In this document: piece after piece, positions 10,155 through 20,475 of the stretch
How the letters are laid out: every line of letters begins with the position of its first letter
Numbering within the stretch: position 1 is the first letter of the stretch
Assembly: GCA_010024875.1 (NCBI GenBank)
Contig: RGFZ01000010.1
Span: 4,728-68,727, forward strand
Direction of reading: 5' to 3'
Source of the DNA: Oxalobacteraceae bacterium
GTDB lineage: Bacteria > Pseudomonadota > Gammaproteobacteria > Burkholderiales > Burkholderiaceae_D
DNA: 64,000 bases
Notes under the pieces: model-generated
The model's database searches: none
What the model saw: the letters and a program-made list of their open reading frames with translations, nothing else
Told to the model about the DNA's origin: nothing
Translations under genes and position numbers: made by a program

Positions 10155-11216
10155 ATGCATCACTCCCCCCGCTGGAAGCAAAGACCCTCAGGCTCAAACT
10201 GGGGAGATTTCGGTCCCGATGATCAACTGGGACGATTGAACCTGATCACTCAGCAGAAGATCTTGCAAGGTATCGCTGAGGTGCGGGAAGGCCTTGCTTT
10301 CAATCTCAGTTTGCCGCTGGATGTCCCAGGCGGGAATGTGCTGAACCCGCGACGATACCCTCCTGTGCTCCGTCCCACCCTGCGTAACCGGCAGCCCAAT
10401 TTGAATTACGTGTTGGGTAAGGATGATCCCACGCATACTGATGTCATCAGCGATGATCTCGTGATTCTTCACACGCAATACAGCACGCAGTGGGACAGTC
10501 TGGCACACGTAGGTTCTTTGTTCGATGCCGATGGCGATGGCCAAGCGGAGGCGGTGTACTACAACGGTTATCGCGCCGGCCAAGATGTTTTCGGACCAAG
10601 CGACCCCTCTGACTGCGGCGCCTTTGACCTGCCGCCGATCGGACAACGCTCCACTTCGCACGCGCGCGCACTGGGCATGGAACACATGGCCGAACGCTGC
10701 GTGCAGGGGCGCGCAGTGATGATTGATCTTCATGCACATGTCGGCAATCAACGCGTGAACGTCGACTATGCGATGCTGGCCGACATCCTGAACAAAGACA
10801 AAGTGCGGATCGAACCGGGCGATATGGTCTGCCTGCATACGGGCTTTGCAGAGCTTCTGCTCGGCATGAACCGACAACCGGATGGTGAACGACTCGCGAA
10901 CAGTTGCGCAGTGCTCGAAGGACGCGATCCTCGTCTGCTGCAGTGGATCACGGAGTCGCAACTGTCCGTGCTTATCGCGGATAACTATGCGGTCGAGGCT
11001 CACCCTGCCTCTTCACATGACGGTCATTGCGCAGCACTGCCGCTGCATGAGCATTGTCTGTTCAAGCTGGGCATTCATCTGGGCGAGCTGTGGCATCTGA
11101 CTCCACTGGCACGCTGGCTGCGTGCGAATCAACGTTCCTGCTTTCTGCTGACCGCACCACCACTGCGTTTGCCCGGTGCGGTGGGCTCGCCGGTCGCGCC
11201 AGTCGGCACGGTCTAG
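10155..11216 (+). CDS. Cyclase family (kynurenine formamidase-like) metal-dependent hydrolase
   Basis: SNWGDFGPDDQLGRLN, QYSTQWDSLAH, DNYAVE, LHEHCLFKLGIHLGELW. Confidence 0.88.
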   Translation: MHHSPRWKQRPSGSNWGDFGPDDQLGRLNLITQQKILQGIAEVREGLAFNLSLPLDVPGGNVLNPRRYPPVLRPTLRNRQPNLNYVLGKDDPTHTDVISDDLVILHTQYSTQWDSLAHVGSLFDADGDGQAEAVYYNGYRAGQDVFGPSDPSDCGAFDLPPIGQRSTSHARALGMEHMAERCVQGRAVMIDLHAHVGNQRVNVDYAMLADILNKDKVRIEPGDMVCLHTGFAELLLGMNRQPDGERLANSCAVLEGRDPRLLQWITESQLSVLIADNYAVEAHPASSHDGHCAALPLHEHCLFKLGIHLGELWHLTPLARWLRANQRSCFLLTAPPLRLPGAVGSPVAPVGTV

Positions 11217-11299
11217 CCGCCGATTGCGATTGTGCGAGAATTAAAGCCTCGGACAGCATCGTCTTATTCAAACACTTTTATAAAAACAAAGGAGACCTT

Positions 11300-12493
11300 A
11301 TGTCCCAGCATGTGCATGTCGTCGGCGTCGGCATGATCCCCTTCACCAAACCGGGCGCGAGCGATCCCTATCATCTGATGGGCGCACGCGCGATGCGGGC
11401 GGCACTGGAAGACGCGGGTCTCGATTACTCTGCGATCCAGCAAGTCTATGCGGGATATGTGTATGGCGATTCCTGCTGCGGACAGCGCGCCGTTTATGAA
11501 GTCGGCATGAGCGGTGTACCGGTCATCAATGTGAACAACAATTGCTCGACCGGCTCCACCGCGCTGTGGCTTGCGCGACAAGCCGTTGCTTCAGGCGCTG
11601 TTGACTGTGTAATGGCCGTCGGCTTTGAACAAATGAAGCCCGGCGCTCTCGGTAATGTGTATGAGGATCGTCCTTCGCCTTTTGATCGCTTCGATGAGAC
11701 CAGCAACCGACTGGTGCCTGCAGAAGGGATTCCGCTGGCGCTGCGCTATTTTGGCGGTGCGGGCCTGGCACACATGAAGCAATACGGCACCAAGCTGGAG
11801 ACTTTTGCGAAGATACGCGCCAAAGCTAGCCGCCATGCGGCGAACAATCCGCTGGCCTTGTTCAAAACCGTCGTGACTGAAGAAGAAGTGATGGCCGCAC
11901 CCGCAGTCTGGCCGGGCGTAATGACTCGACTGATGGCCTGCCCACCTACTTGCGGCGGCGCGGCAGCGATTGTCTGCTCGGAAGCCTTCGCGAAAAAACA
12001 TGGCCTGGATATGCGCGTTCGTATCCGTGCGCAGGCGATGACGACAGACTTCGATTCCACGTTTGGTGGCCCGCACAGCGATATGCGCCAGCTGGTCGGC
12101 TTCGATATGACCCATGCAGCGGCACAGCAAGTGTATGAAGTGGCGGGTGTGGATCCGAAAGATATTCCAGTCGTCGAGCTGCATGACTGCTTCGCGCACA
12201 ATGAACTCATCACCTACGAAGGACTGGGCCTGTGCCCCGAGGGTGGTGCGGAAAAATTCATCATGGATGGCGACAATACCTATGGCGGCCGCACGGTGAC
12301 GAATCCCTCCGGTGGTTTGCTATCCAAAGGCCACCCGCTGGGTGCAACGGGTCTAGCGCAGTGCACGGAACTGGTCAATCAGTTACGAGGTACCGCCGAC
12401 AAGCGTCAGGTTGAAGGCGCAGCACTCGCTTTGCAGCACAATCTCGGGCTGGGCGGTGCGTGTGTGGTGACACTCTATGAGAAGCTCGCCTGA
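11300..12493 (+). CDS. SCP-x-type thiolase (lipid-transfer protein family)
   Basis: ATG 11300 after GGAGA; NNNCSTGS, ELHDCFA, NPSGGLLSKGHPLGATG, HNLGLGG. Confidence 0.92.
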   Translation: MSQHVHVVGVGMIPFTKPGASDPYHLMGARAMRAALEDAGLDYSAIQQVYAGYVYGDSCCGQRAVYEVGMSGVPVINVNNNCSTGSTALWLARQAVASGAVDCVMAVGFEQMKPGALGNVYEDRPSPFDRFDETSNRLVPAEGIPLALRYFGGAGLAHMKQYGTKLETFAKIRAKASRHAANNPLALFKTVVTEEEVMAAPAVWPGVMTRLMACPPTCGGAAAIVCSEAFAKKHGLDMRVRIRAQAMTTDFDSTFGGPHSDMRQLVGFDMTHAAAQQVYEVAGVDPKDIPVVELHDCFAHNELITYEGLGLCPEGGAEKFIMDGDNTYGGRTVTNPSGGLLSKGHPLGATGLAQCTELVNQLRGTADKRQVEGAALALQHNLGLGGACVVTLYEKLA

Positions 12494-12506
12494 ATGCCGC
12501 AGAAAT

Positions 12507-12542
12507 AAAATGCCCTCTGCTCGTACAGGCAGAGGGCGTTTT
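12507..12542. terminator. Bidirectional intrinsic terminator between convergent genes
   Basis: aaaatgccctctgc...gcagagggcgtttt inverted repeat with A/T tails. Confidence 0.75.
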
Positions 12543-12559
12543 GTCGAATTTACGCGACA

Positions 12560-13762
12560 TCAGACGCGATTCTTGTTAATGAAATCCGTCATGCGTTGCA
12601 GACCTGCCGCGATCGCTTCGTCGGACGCGGCATAGCTGAAGCGGATGTGCTGACCATCGCCATCGACGCGCGGGCCGAAGTGAATATCTGCTAGCACCGC
12701 AACACCAGCTTCATTCAGCAAGCGACGACGAAATTCTTCTGAATCTTTTGCACCGATCAGCTTGCAGGCTTCCGTCACGTTCGGCCATGCATAGAACGCG
12801 CCGCCTGGTGTCTGGCAGCTCACGCCCGGTACTTGATTCAGCAGGCCGACGATCAGGTCGCGACGCTTGTGGAATATGTCGCGCATGCGATTCGCTTCAT
12901 CCTGCGGACCGTTCAGTGCCTCGACACCTGCCCACTGGGTGATCTGCGACGCACAAGACTCGGTATTCGTGATCCAGGTAGTAAAGTAAGGCGCAAGCTT
13001 TTTATTGGCGATAAAACCAAGTCGCCATCCAGTCATCGCCCAGGTCTTCGAGCAACCATCGGAAATGACGGTACGCTCCTGCATACCCGGCAGCGATGCG
13101 ATGGACACGAACTCGCCATCGTAGATCAGGCGGCCATAGATCTCGTCGGCAAATATCCACACCTGCGGATGCCTGCGCAGAATCTCGGCAATTGCTTCCA
13201 TGTCTTTCTTGGGGATGATGCCGCCGGTTGGGTTCTGCGGCGAGTTCAGGATCAGTAGCTTAGTTTTGGGCGTGATCTTGTCGGCCAGCTCTTGCGGATC
13301 AAAGCTGAAGTTACGCGACTCGCGCAGATAAATAGGCACGCCGACGGCGCCATTGGCCTTGATCTGCGATTCATAGATCGGGAAGCCTGGCACCGGATAG
13401 ATCACTTCATCGCCCGCACCGTAATCGGTGGTGGAGAGGATCGTATAACCGATAAAGGGTTTTGCACCAGCACCAACGACCACATCATCCGCAACGACCT
13501 TGATGCCACGCGTACGGCTGAAGTCTTCGGCAACTGCCTGACGCAACTCGGGAATACCCGCTGATGGCGTATAACCATGCTTGCCTTCACGGATGGCCTT
13601 GACACCTGCGTCCTGAATATGGATGGGCGTATGAAAATCTGGCTGGCCGATGCAGAAAGAGATGATGTCGCGGCCCTCGCGGATCAACTTGTTGACCTCC
13701 GCCAGCACGATGAAGGCATTCTCCGTGCCGAGGCTTTGCGCGCGTTGACTGACGTTGGCCAT
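12560..13762 (-). CDS. PLP-dependent aminotransferase class I/II (aspartate aminotransferase-like)
   Basis: ATG 13762; IGQPDF, YTPSAGIPELR, NSPQNPTG, DEIY, GCSKTWAMTGWRLG (PLP Lys). Confidence 0.95.
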   Translation of the reverse strand: MANVSQRAQSLGTENAFIVLAEVNKLIREGRDIISFCIGQPDFHTPIHIQDAGVKAIREGKHGYTPSAGIPELRQAVAEDFSRTRGIKVVADDVVVGAGAKPFIGYTILSTTDYGAGDEVIYPVPGFPIYESQIKANGAVGVPIYLRESRNFSFDPQELADKITPKTKLLILNSPQNPTGGIIPKKDMEAIAEILRRHPQVWIFADEIYGRLIYDGEFVSIASLPGMQERTVISDGCSKTWAMTGWRLGFIANKKLAPYFTTWITNTESCASQITQWAGVEALNGPQDEANRMRDIFHKRRDLIVGLLNQVPGVSCQTPGGAFYAWPNVTEACKLIGAKDSEEFRRRLLNEAGVAVLADIHFGPRVDGDGQHIRFSYAASDEAIAAGLQRMTDFINKNRV

Positions 13763-13995
13763 GATGTCTCCGGTTGTGTTTAATTTGCTAGGGTTTATGT
13801 TGTATGTTTTTGGTCGTTCAGGCCATTCAGCAGCACAGGGCGCTTGAAGTCTGGCGAAAAGGTTCGCTATGCTACCAAGAGCTGTTTGAATGTTCCACTG
13901 CAACGCCTGTGAGCCGAATGCACAATACCAGTTAAGCTGCAGAAAAGATTAACTTTTTAAGAACAACACATCCACACGAAAGAAAGCGAGCCCTC

Positions 13996-15153
13996 ATGAA
14001 ACGTCGTGCCTGCCTTGCCTTGATATCTTTTGCATGGTTATCTCCGGTGCTGATCGCGCCCTTCACTGCCGCACACGCGCAGGAAGTGACGATCAAGATT
14101 GGCCATGCCGGTCCCCTCACCGGCAATATCGCGCATCTGGGCAAAGATACCGAGAATGGCGTGCGCATGGCGGTCGACGAAATGAATGCGAAAGGCGTGA
14201 CCATCGGCGGCAAGAAAGCAAAGTTCGTGATGGTCTCGGAAGATGATGCCGCCGATCCCCGGCAAGCCACGCTGGTAGCGCAAAAGCTGGCCGACAGCAA
14301 GGTACAGGGGTTGATTGGTCATGTGAACTCCGGCACCACCATTCCTGCATCGAAGATCTATCACGATGCCGGTATCCCGCAAATCTCTCCTTCCGCGACC
14401 AATCCGAAATACACTCAACAGTCTTACAAGACCGCGTTTCGGGTAGTGACCAATGATGCGCAGGCGGGCAGCGTGATGGGGCGCTATGCGGCAGACACAC
14501 TGAAGCTGAAAAATATCGCGGTGGTCGACGACCGCTCTGCCTATGGTCAAGGCCTTGCGGATGAATTCCTCAAATCGGCGAAGGCGGCGGGCATCAACAT
14601 CGTCAGCCGTCAGTTCACCAATGACAAGGCCACCGACTTCAGCGCCATCCTGACCGCGATCAAGGCCAAAAATCCCGAAGCGATTTTCTTTGGTGGTATC
14701 GATGCGGTCGGCGGCCCGATGCTGAGGCAAATGAAGCAGCTCGGCATCAAGGCCAAATTCATGGGCGGCGATGGCGTGTGCTCGGAACAAATGCCGGTGC
14801 TGGCTGGAGAAGGCCTGATCGACGACATCGTGATCTGCTCCGAACCGGGCGGTATTGAAGCGTCACAGCAAAAAGTGATGGATGACTTCCGTGCGAGATA
14901 TCGCAAGAAGTACAACAGCAATGTGCAGATCTATGCACCCTATGCGTATGACGCAGCAACGCTGATGATGGAAGCCATGAAAAAGGCTGATTCTTCCGAT
15001 CCTGCGAAATATCTGCCGGTGATGGCCAGCACCAAACATCAAGGCGTGACCGGTCTGATCGAGTTCGACGCGAAAGGCGATGTGAAAAACAGCGCACTGA
15101 CGCTCTACACCTTCCGCAACAAAAAACGCGAGCAATTGGCAGTGGTTCGCTAA
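13996..15153 (+). CDS. livK: Branched-chain amino acid ABC transporter substrate-binding protein
   Basis: KIGHAGPLTGNIAHLGKD, EDDAADP, GHVNSGTTIPAS, SPSATNP, YAPYAYDA. Confidence 0.9.
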   Translation: MKRRACLALISFAWLSPVLIAPFTAAHAQEVTIKIGHAGPLTGNIAHLGKDTENGVRMAVDEMNAKGVTIGGKKAKFVMVSEDDAADPRQATLVAQKLADSKVQGLIGHVNSGTTIPASKIYHDAGIPQISPSATNPKYTQQSYKTAFRVVTNDAQAGSVMGRYAADTLKLKNIAVVDDRSAYGQGLADEFLKSAKAAGINIVSRQFTNDKATDFSAILTAIKAKNPEAIFFGGIDAVGGPMLRQMKQLGIKAKFMGGDGVCSEQMPVLAGEGLIDDIVICSEPGGIEASQQKVMDDFRARYRKKYNSNVQIYAPYAYDAATLMMEAMKKADSSDPAKYLPVMASTKHQGVTGLIEFDAKGDVKNSALTLYTFRNKKREQLAVVR

Positions 15154-15171
15154 GCGCTTGCGCAAGACAAA

Positions 15172-15197
15172 AGCGGCTCGCAGTAACGCGAGCCGCT
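15172..15197. terminator. GC-rich stem-loop between convergent genes (probable terminator)
   Basis: agcggctcgc-agtaac-gcgagccgct perfect 10-bp stem. Confidence 0.6.
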
Positions 15198-15204
15198 CGT
15201 ATTG

Positions 15205-15888
15205 TTAATGAATGTGCAAGCCGCCATTCACATCAAGCACCACGCCCGTCACAAAACGCGACATGTCGCTGCACAGATAAACAAAGGCATCGGCGATATC
15301 GAGAGGCGTGCCTAATCTGCCCAGGGGCGCGGAGTCTGCCACGCGCTGCTTCCCGGCGCCATCGATCTTACCGACCAACAGTTCGGTATCGATCAATCCG
15401 GGCGCTACCGCATTCACGCGTATGCCATCGGGCCCCAGCTCGCGCGCCATCGCCTTGGCCAGCGTCTGTACGCCACCCTTGGCCGCCGCATAATGCGGGC
15501 GTGAGCGAAGATGCGGTACCAGCGCGCGCGACATGTTGTACGCACCGCGCAGACTCACGTCCATCACCAGATCATAGTCATCCATTGTGCTGTCCATGAG
15601 CCGCTTGCTTTGGCTGACTCCCGCATTGTTGACCAGAATGTCCACGTGACCGAAATCGGCGATGATTTTCTCTACCACCTGCTGACATTGCGCAGCATCC
15701 CGTACATCGCAGACATAGCCTTGATGCGCATTGCCGATGGCCTTCGCTGCTTCCTGCACCGCACCCGCGTTCAGATCAAGCAGCGCTACCCGCGCGCCCT
15801 CTTCCGCAAAGCGTCGTGCAGTCGCCCAGCCTATGCCCTTCATCGATGCCGCACCGCTCACGATGGCTACTTTGTCTCTCATTAGCAT
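15205..15888 (-). pseudogene. Short-chain dehydrogenase/reductase with in-frame loss of the beta5/catalytic-Ser segment
   Basis: True start MLMRDKVAIVSGAASMKGIG at 15888; NNAG and YAAAK kept, but LVPHLRSR runs directly into PHYAAAK; 227 aa versus ~250 aa typical. Confidence 0.7.
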
Positions 15889-15908
15889 GTCTGTCTCGCC
15901 TTCGAAAA

Positions 15909-16937
15909 TCAAAAACCAGTAATCACGACTTTGCCGAAATGCGCGCCGCTGGCGAGATGCTGGAATGCTGCCTGTGCATCCTCCAGCACAAATTCGCGGT
16001 CCAGTACCGGCTTGATACGGTGAGTCTCGATCGCACGATTCATTTGCTCGAAACGCGTACGCGAACCTACCGCAATGCCCTGCACGCGGATCATCGGCCC
16101 GATCATCTGACGCAGCGGAATCGTGGCTTCGTAGCCCGCGACAAAACCGACCACACCGACAAAACCACCAAACACCGTGGATGCGAGCGATGTCGACAGC
16201 GTTGCGCCCGCTGTCTCGACCACGATATCCACGCCGCGGCCACCGGTCGCTTCCTTGACCTTCACGTCCCAGTCGGTGTGCGTCTTGTAGTTGATGGTGA
16301 CGTCGGCACCCAGCGCAATCGCGCGCGCGAGCTTCTCGTCGCTCGACGAGGTGATGATGACTGTCGCTCCAGCTGCCTTCGCAAACTGCAGCGCGAACAA
16401 GGCGACACCACCCGTCCCTTGCAGTAGCACCGTGTCGCCCGGCTTGATGCCGCCTTCCTGCAATGCCGACCAGGCGGTCAGTGCAGCGATGGGCAGCGTC
16501 GATGCTTCGGCGTCTGATAATGAAGGTGGCGGCGCGACTGCTTCCTCGGCTGGAACCGCGATGTATTGCTGAAGCACGCCGGTTAGCGGCATGCCGAGGG
16601 TTTGTTTGAAACGCTGCTGCGGGGTCGGCTTGCCGTCGTACCAGCCTTGTGTGTATACGGGTGTTACGCGGTCTCCCACTTTCCATTGCGTAACGTCCTC
16701 GCCCAGTTCCACCACCACGCCACAGGCATCCGAGCACGGCACCAGCGGCAACGGAAGACCGGGAATGTAATTACCTCCCAGGACAGCGAGGTCGCGGTAG
16801 TTGAGGCTGGCCGCGGATACTCTGATCAGGATTTCACCCCGCCTTGGACGGGGAACGTCGAGCTGTACAGGCTTGAATGCGTGCAGCGAAAAAGCGTGGG
16901 CTGCGATGCCCTTCATGGTGGTGGGAAGTGTCGTCAT
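15909..16937 (-). CDS. NAD(P)-dependent oxidoreductase, Zn-independent MDR / quinone oxidoreductase-like
   Basis: AASLNYRD, PCSDACG, LPIAALTAW, QGTGGVALFA, HFGKVV. Confidence 0.92.
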   Translation of the reverse strand: MTTLPTTMKGIAAHAFSLHAFKPVQLDVPRPRRGEILIRVSAASLNYRDLAVLGGNYIPGLPLPLVPCSDACGVVVELGEDVTQWKVGDRVTPVYTQGWYDGKPTPQQRFKQTLGMPLTGVLQQYIAVPAEEAVAPPPSLSDAEASTLPIAALTAWSALQEGGIKPGDTVLLQGTGGVALFALQFAKAAGATVIITSSSDEKLARAIALGADVTINYKTHTDWDVKVKEATGGRGVDIVVETAGATLSTSLASTVFGGFVGVVGFVAGYEATIPLRQMIGPMIRVQGIAVGSRTRFEQMNRAIETHRIKPVLDREFVLEDAQAAFQHLASGAHFGKVVITGF

Positions 16938-17186
16938 CGTGGTCTCCGGATTTTTATGATTATTGAGGTGCCCAGCCGTCGTACGGCATTGTGCTGTGAC
17001 CGACAGCGGTCAGGGTATTTGCATTTATTTGACACGGTATTAGGGAGAAGCTGAATAAATCCACGTTTTATGACGAGCCCGCGCAGCTGTGCGACGCGGA
17101 GATCGGTAAACTCAAATGCTTGGCGCGACTGACCTTGCCACAAAAGTTTCTGGATTTATTTAATCAGTGCTCCCTCAGGAACTGTT

Positions 17187-17924
17187 TTATCGCAGCCCGC
17201 AAGCGAACCGCGAGAATGTGGCGTTTAGTCCGAGTGCCACAATCAGCAGCAACAACGACAGTGCGGACAAACTGGCCGTGTCATTTAGCTCCATCGCGCT
17301 CATCAGCAGAAAACCCAGCCCTTTCTGCGCGCCGAACATCTCTCCGATCAGCACGCCCAGGAGTGTCAACGATGCGCCCAGCTTCAGCCCAGCGAGTACC
17401 GACGGCCAGATTGACGGCAGCATCACATGACGCAGGCAAGCAGTGCGCGACAGCCCCATGGCTTGTGCGGATTTCATCTGAATCAGTGGCAACTGGCGCA
17501 TGGCGCCGAGCGTAAACAGCAGGATCGGCAGCACACCATGCAGAAAGCCGAACACCAGCTTTGACGATAAACCCAGCCCGAAGATCAGCAGCACCATCGG
17601 GTAGAGCGTCACCTTGGGCAGAGAAGCCAGTGCGCTTACGAAGGGTTCAACGACCTGCCCGACACTACGGTACAAGCCCATCAGCATGCCAGTCATCACC
17701 CCGGTAAACGCCGCCAGCACAAAGGCCACGAGCCACACCGACAAGGTCACTGCCGCATGGGGCCACAAACGCGTGCCAGACAGCAAATCCGCCATGCGGC
17801 GTACTGTCGCGAGAGGAGACGCCAGCGCCTCGTCACCATACCCATGGTGCAGCGCCATCCACAGTGCCAACAGCATGATCACGGCCAGCAGACGGTCGGT
17901 GCGGACAGACAGGAAAGCCCGCAT
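17187..17924 (-). CDS. ABC transporter permease (NitT/TauT family)
   Basis: Multi-TM protein; SLPKVTLYP, EAA-like SAQAMG...VMLP, GEMFGAQKGLG. Confidence 0.9.
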   Translation of the reverse strand: MRAFLSVRTDRLLAVIMLLALWMALHHGYGDEALASPLATVRRMADLLSGTRLWPHAAVTLSVWLVAFVLAAFTGVMTGMLMGLYRSVGQVVEPFVSALASLPKVTLYPMVLLIFGLGLSSKLVFGFLHGVLPILLFTLGAMRQLPLIQMKSAQAMGLSRTACLRHVMLPSIWPSVLAGLKLGASLTLLGVLIGEMFGAQKGLGFLLMSAMELNDTASLSALSLLLLIVALGLNATFSRFACGLR

Positions 17925-18700
17925 TACTGACCCCCCAGCGTGGCGCGGTGAAGAAGCACTCGACGCTCCAACAGCAGTAGCATCAGCTGGACTGCGCCCG
18001 ACAAGATCAGCACCAGCAACATCAGTGCATACATGCTGCGCATGTCGAAGTCGTTATACGCATAGGCAATCGCATGCCCCAGCCCTTGCGTTGACAAAAT
18101 GAATTCTGCAGCGATCACGCCAATAAATGCGTACGTCGCCGCCAGCTTGAAGCCGGTGATCAGTGCCGGCAGCACGGCGGGCAGCATCAGACTGAACACG
18201 GTGCGCGCCGACGAGAGATGCATCAGCCGCGCCGACTTGACCACTGAAACAGGCAGACGATCTAGTCCATCCAGCGTATTGACAGCCATGACCACTACCG
18301 CGAACAAGGTTCCTATCGCAACCACTGGTCGCTGATTCAGTCCGAGCAAAGCGATCAGCATCGGATAAAAAGCGAAAACAGGCACCGCATACCATGAGGA
18401 CACGACCGGTTGCAGCACTGCGCGCAGACGCCCAAAGCGATGCATCAGCGCACCGCCAATCATTCCCAGAACGACCGCCAGCGACAGGGCCTGCACGGCG
18501 CTCGACAAGGTGGTGACCAAGTCAGCAGTGATCTTTCCTTGTGTGAGCAATCCCCACAGCGTGCAGACCATGACAAGCGGGCTGACCAGCGTCTGCGGCT
18601 TGACCCAGCGGAGCTCGCAGGCGAGCTGCAGCAGTAGCACGCCGACCACCGCAACACAGATTTGCGCCACCAGAATTCGCGAAACGCGCGGCATGTTCAC
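17924..18700 (-). CDS. ABC transporter permease (NitT/TauT family)
   Basis: AVPVFAFYP, AAEFILSTQGLG; overlaps neighbours by 1-4 nt. Confidence 0.9.
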   Translation of the reverse strand: MNMPRVSRILVAQICVAVVGVLLLQLACELRWVKPQTLVSPLVMVCTLWGLLTQGKITADLVTTLSSAVQALSLAVVLGMIGGALMHRFGRLRAVLQPVVSSWYAVPVFAFYPMLIALLGLNQRPVVAIGTLFAVVVMAVNTLDGLDRLPVSVVKSARLMHLSSARTVFSLMLPAVLPALITGFKLAATYAFIGVIAAEFILSTQGLGHAIAYAYNDFDMRSMYALMLLVLILSGAVQLMLLLLERRVLLHRATLGGQ

Positions 18701-19491
18701 ATCCGCATGGCAGCCTGCGCCTCATTGCGCAGCACTGACCATAGTGTATTCACATGCTGCGCAAACCGCGGATCAGAAACGATGCCGGCATCACGCTCAC
18801 GCGACCAGCCGGTGCGAAGTTCGTGCTTCAGTCTACCGGGACGCGCGCTCATCACCAGCACACGGTCGGACAACAACACTGCCTCCTCAAGGCTGTGTGT
18901 GATCAGCAGCACCGAGGCGGCACTCTGACGCCAGAGCCCCAATAATTCTTCGCCCATCAGCAGGCGCGTCTGCGGATCGAGCGCCGCAAATGGCTCGTCC
19001 AGCAACAGCAGCTGCGGACGCATCACCAGTGTCCGCGCAATCGACACGCGCTGACGCATGCCGCCGGAAAGTTGTGAAGGATAGTGATTTTCGAAACCGC
19101 TCAGACCCACTTGAACGATGGCCTGATCGACGCGTGCGGTGATGTCAGCCGCTGGCACCGATTGCCGTCCGTGACGAAGCCCAAAGGCAATGTTGTCGCG
19201 CACGGTCAGCCACGGGAAGCTCGCATCCTGTTGGAATACCATGCCGACCTGAGCCGGCACTGTGCCATTGATCAGCTGCCCGTCAAGTCTCACTTCGCCT
19301 GAGGTCGCTTGCATCAGCCCTGATACGCATTCCAGCAAGCTGGATTTGCCACAGCCCGAAGGCCCGACAACAGACACAAACTCGCCAGCAACGATGGCAA
19401 AACTCAGCGGACCAAAGGCATGGGTATCCTGCTGGCCACTGCTGCGATAGACCAGAGAGAGTTGGTCGACCTGCAACGAGACAGCCATCAA
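18697..19491 (-). CDS. ABC transporter ATP-binding protein (NitT/TauT family)
   Basis: GPSGCGKS, LSGGMRQR, LLLDEPF, THS. Confidence 0.95.
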   Translation of the reverse strand: MMAVSLQVDQLSLVYRSSGQQDTHAFGPLSFAIVAGEFVSVVGPSGCGKSSLLECVSGLMQATSGEVRLDGQLINGTVPAQVGMVFQQDASFPWLTVRDNIAFGLRHGRQSVPAADITARVDQAIVQVGLSGFENHYPSQLSGGMRQRVSIARTLVMRPQLLLLDEPFAALDPQTRLLMGEELLGLWRQSAASVLLITHSLEEAVLLSDRVLVMSARPGRLKHELRTGWSRERDAGIVSDPRFAQHVNTLWSVLRNEAQAAMRM

Positions 19492-20453
19492 CGCTTGAGG
19501 AAACTGCGGTCGATCAGCTTCGGCCAGTCCGGTGCGCCATCAATCACGCCCATCAGCTTCAGGCCCTCGGCCATCGCGTTCATGCCCGGCAGATCAAAGT
19601 CGCCGTTGCTCCAGTAATGTGCCTTCGCCATCGCCAGCATGGCTTCTTCCATGACCTTGGCGTCAAATGCATAGACTTTGGCGACGATGGCCGCCGCCTC
19701 TTTCGGGTTCTGGTAGATGAACTCGACACCGCGCCGACGCCCCTCGATGATGGCCTTCACTTTGTCGGGATTTGCCTTGGCAAATTCAGCGGTGGTGACA
19801 CCGACTGTCTGTGTCACATTCGCCTGCGGCAGCATATCGCGCGCGTGAAACAGCACTCGGAACTTGGCCTTGTTCTGCGAGTACACTGGCTCTCCCAGAT
19901 ACGCTGCATCGACTGCCTTCTGCTGTAGCGCGGTGATCTGTGCACCTATGCCGCCGACAGCCACGCGATCAACGCCCGTCACTTTCTGGTGATTGAGAAC
20001 CAGCGTGGAAACCATGTCGGTGACGCTCTTGGCCGTGGTGTAGCCGAGCTTTTTTCCCTTCAGGTCTTGCACACTCTTCAAAGGTGAATCCGGCAGCGTG
20101 ACCCACACCATATCGGAAAGATTTTGTACGCCGCCGCAAACGATGCGGATGTCCATGCCCTCGCGCGCGGCAGCAATGGCCGCACCCAAGGCAACTTCAC
20201 CAAAAGGCAAGCCCCCCTGAATCACGTTGCGTACCGTCGTGCCGCCGCCTTTGGAGCTGAGAACACCATCGATATCGATGCCAGCCTGTTTGAAGTAACC
20301 CTTCTCCATTGCGACCGCGTAGGGCGCGCCGTACAACAGCACACCCCAGTGAGTAACCGAGATCTGGTCGCCCGCTGACACAGGCAGGACGAGCAGCATC
20401 AGCGGCCAGAGGAACAACCCTACATATCGTCTGAACCGCCAATACATGCTCAT
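19488..20453 (-). CDS. ABC transporter substrate-binding protein (NitT/TauT/NMT1-like)
   Basis: Signal peptide; AVAMEKGYF, GGGTTVR, LKGKKLG; first gene of the four-gene operon. Confidence 0.88.
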   Translation of the reverse strand: MSMYWRFRRYVGLFLWPLMLLVLPVSAGDQISVTHWGVLLYGAPYAVAMEKGYFKQAGIDIDGVLSSKGGGTTVRNVIQGGLPFGEVALGAAIAAAREGMDIRIVCGGVQNLSDMVWVTLPDSPLKSVQDLKGKKLGYTTAKSVTDMVSTLVLNHQKVTGVDRVAVGGIGAQITALQQKAVDAAYLGEPVYSQNKAKFRVLFHARDMLPQANVTQTVGVTTAEFAKANPDKVKAIIEGRRRGVEFIYQNPKEAAAIVAKVYAFDAKVMEEAMLAMAKAHYWSNGDFDLPGMNAMAEGLKLMGVIDGAPDWPKLIDRSFLKR

Positions 20454-20475
20454 CTCCCCACGCGTGTTTCGACGA

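Noticed and set aside
15889-16737. Apparent 510-aa ORF fusing an unknown domain to the SDR
   Set aside because: The extension is an alternative frame inside the MDR oxidoreductase gene; the SDR has its own start and RBS at 15888.
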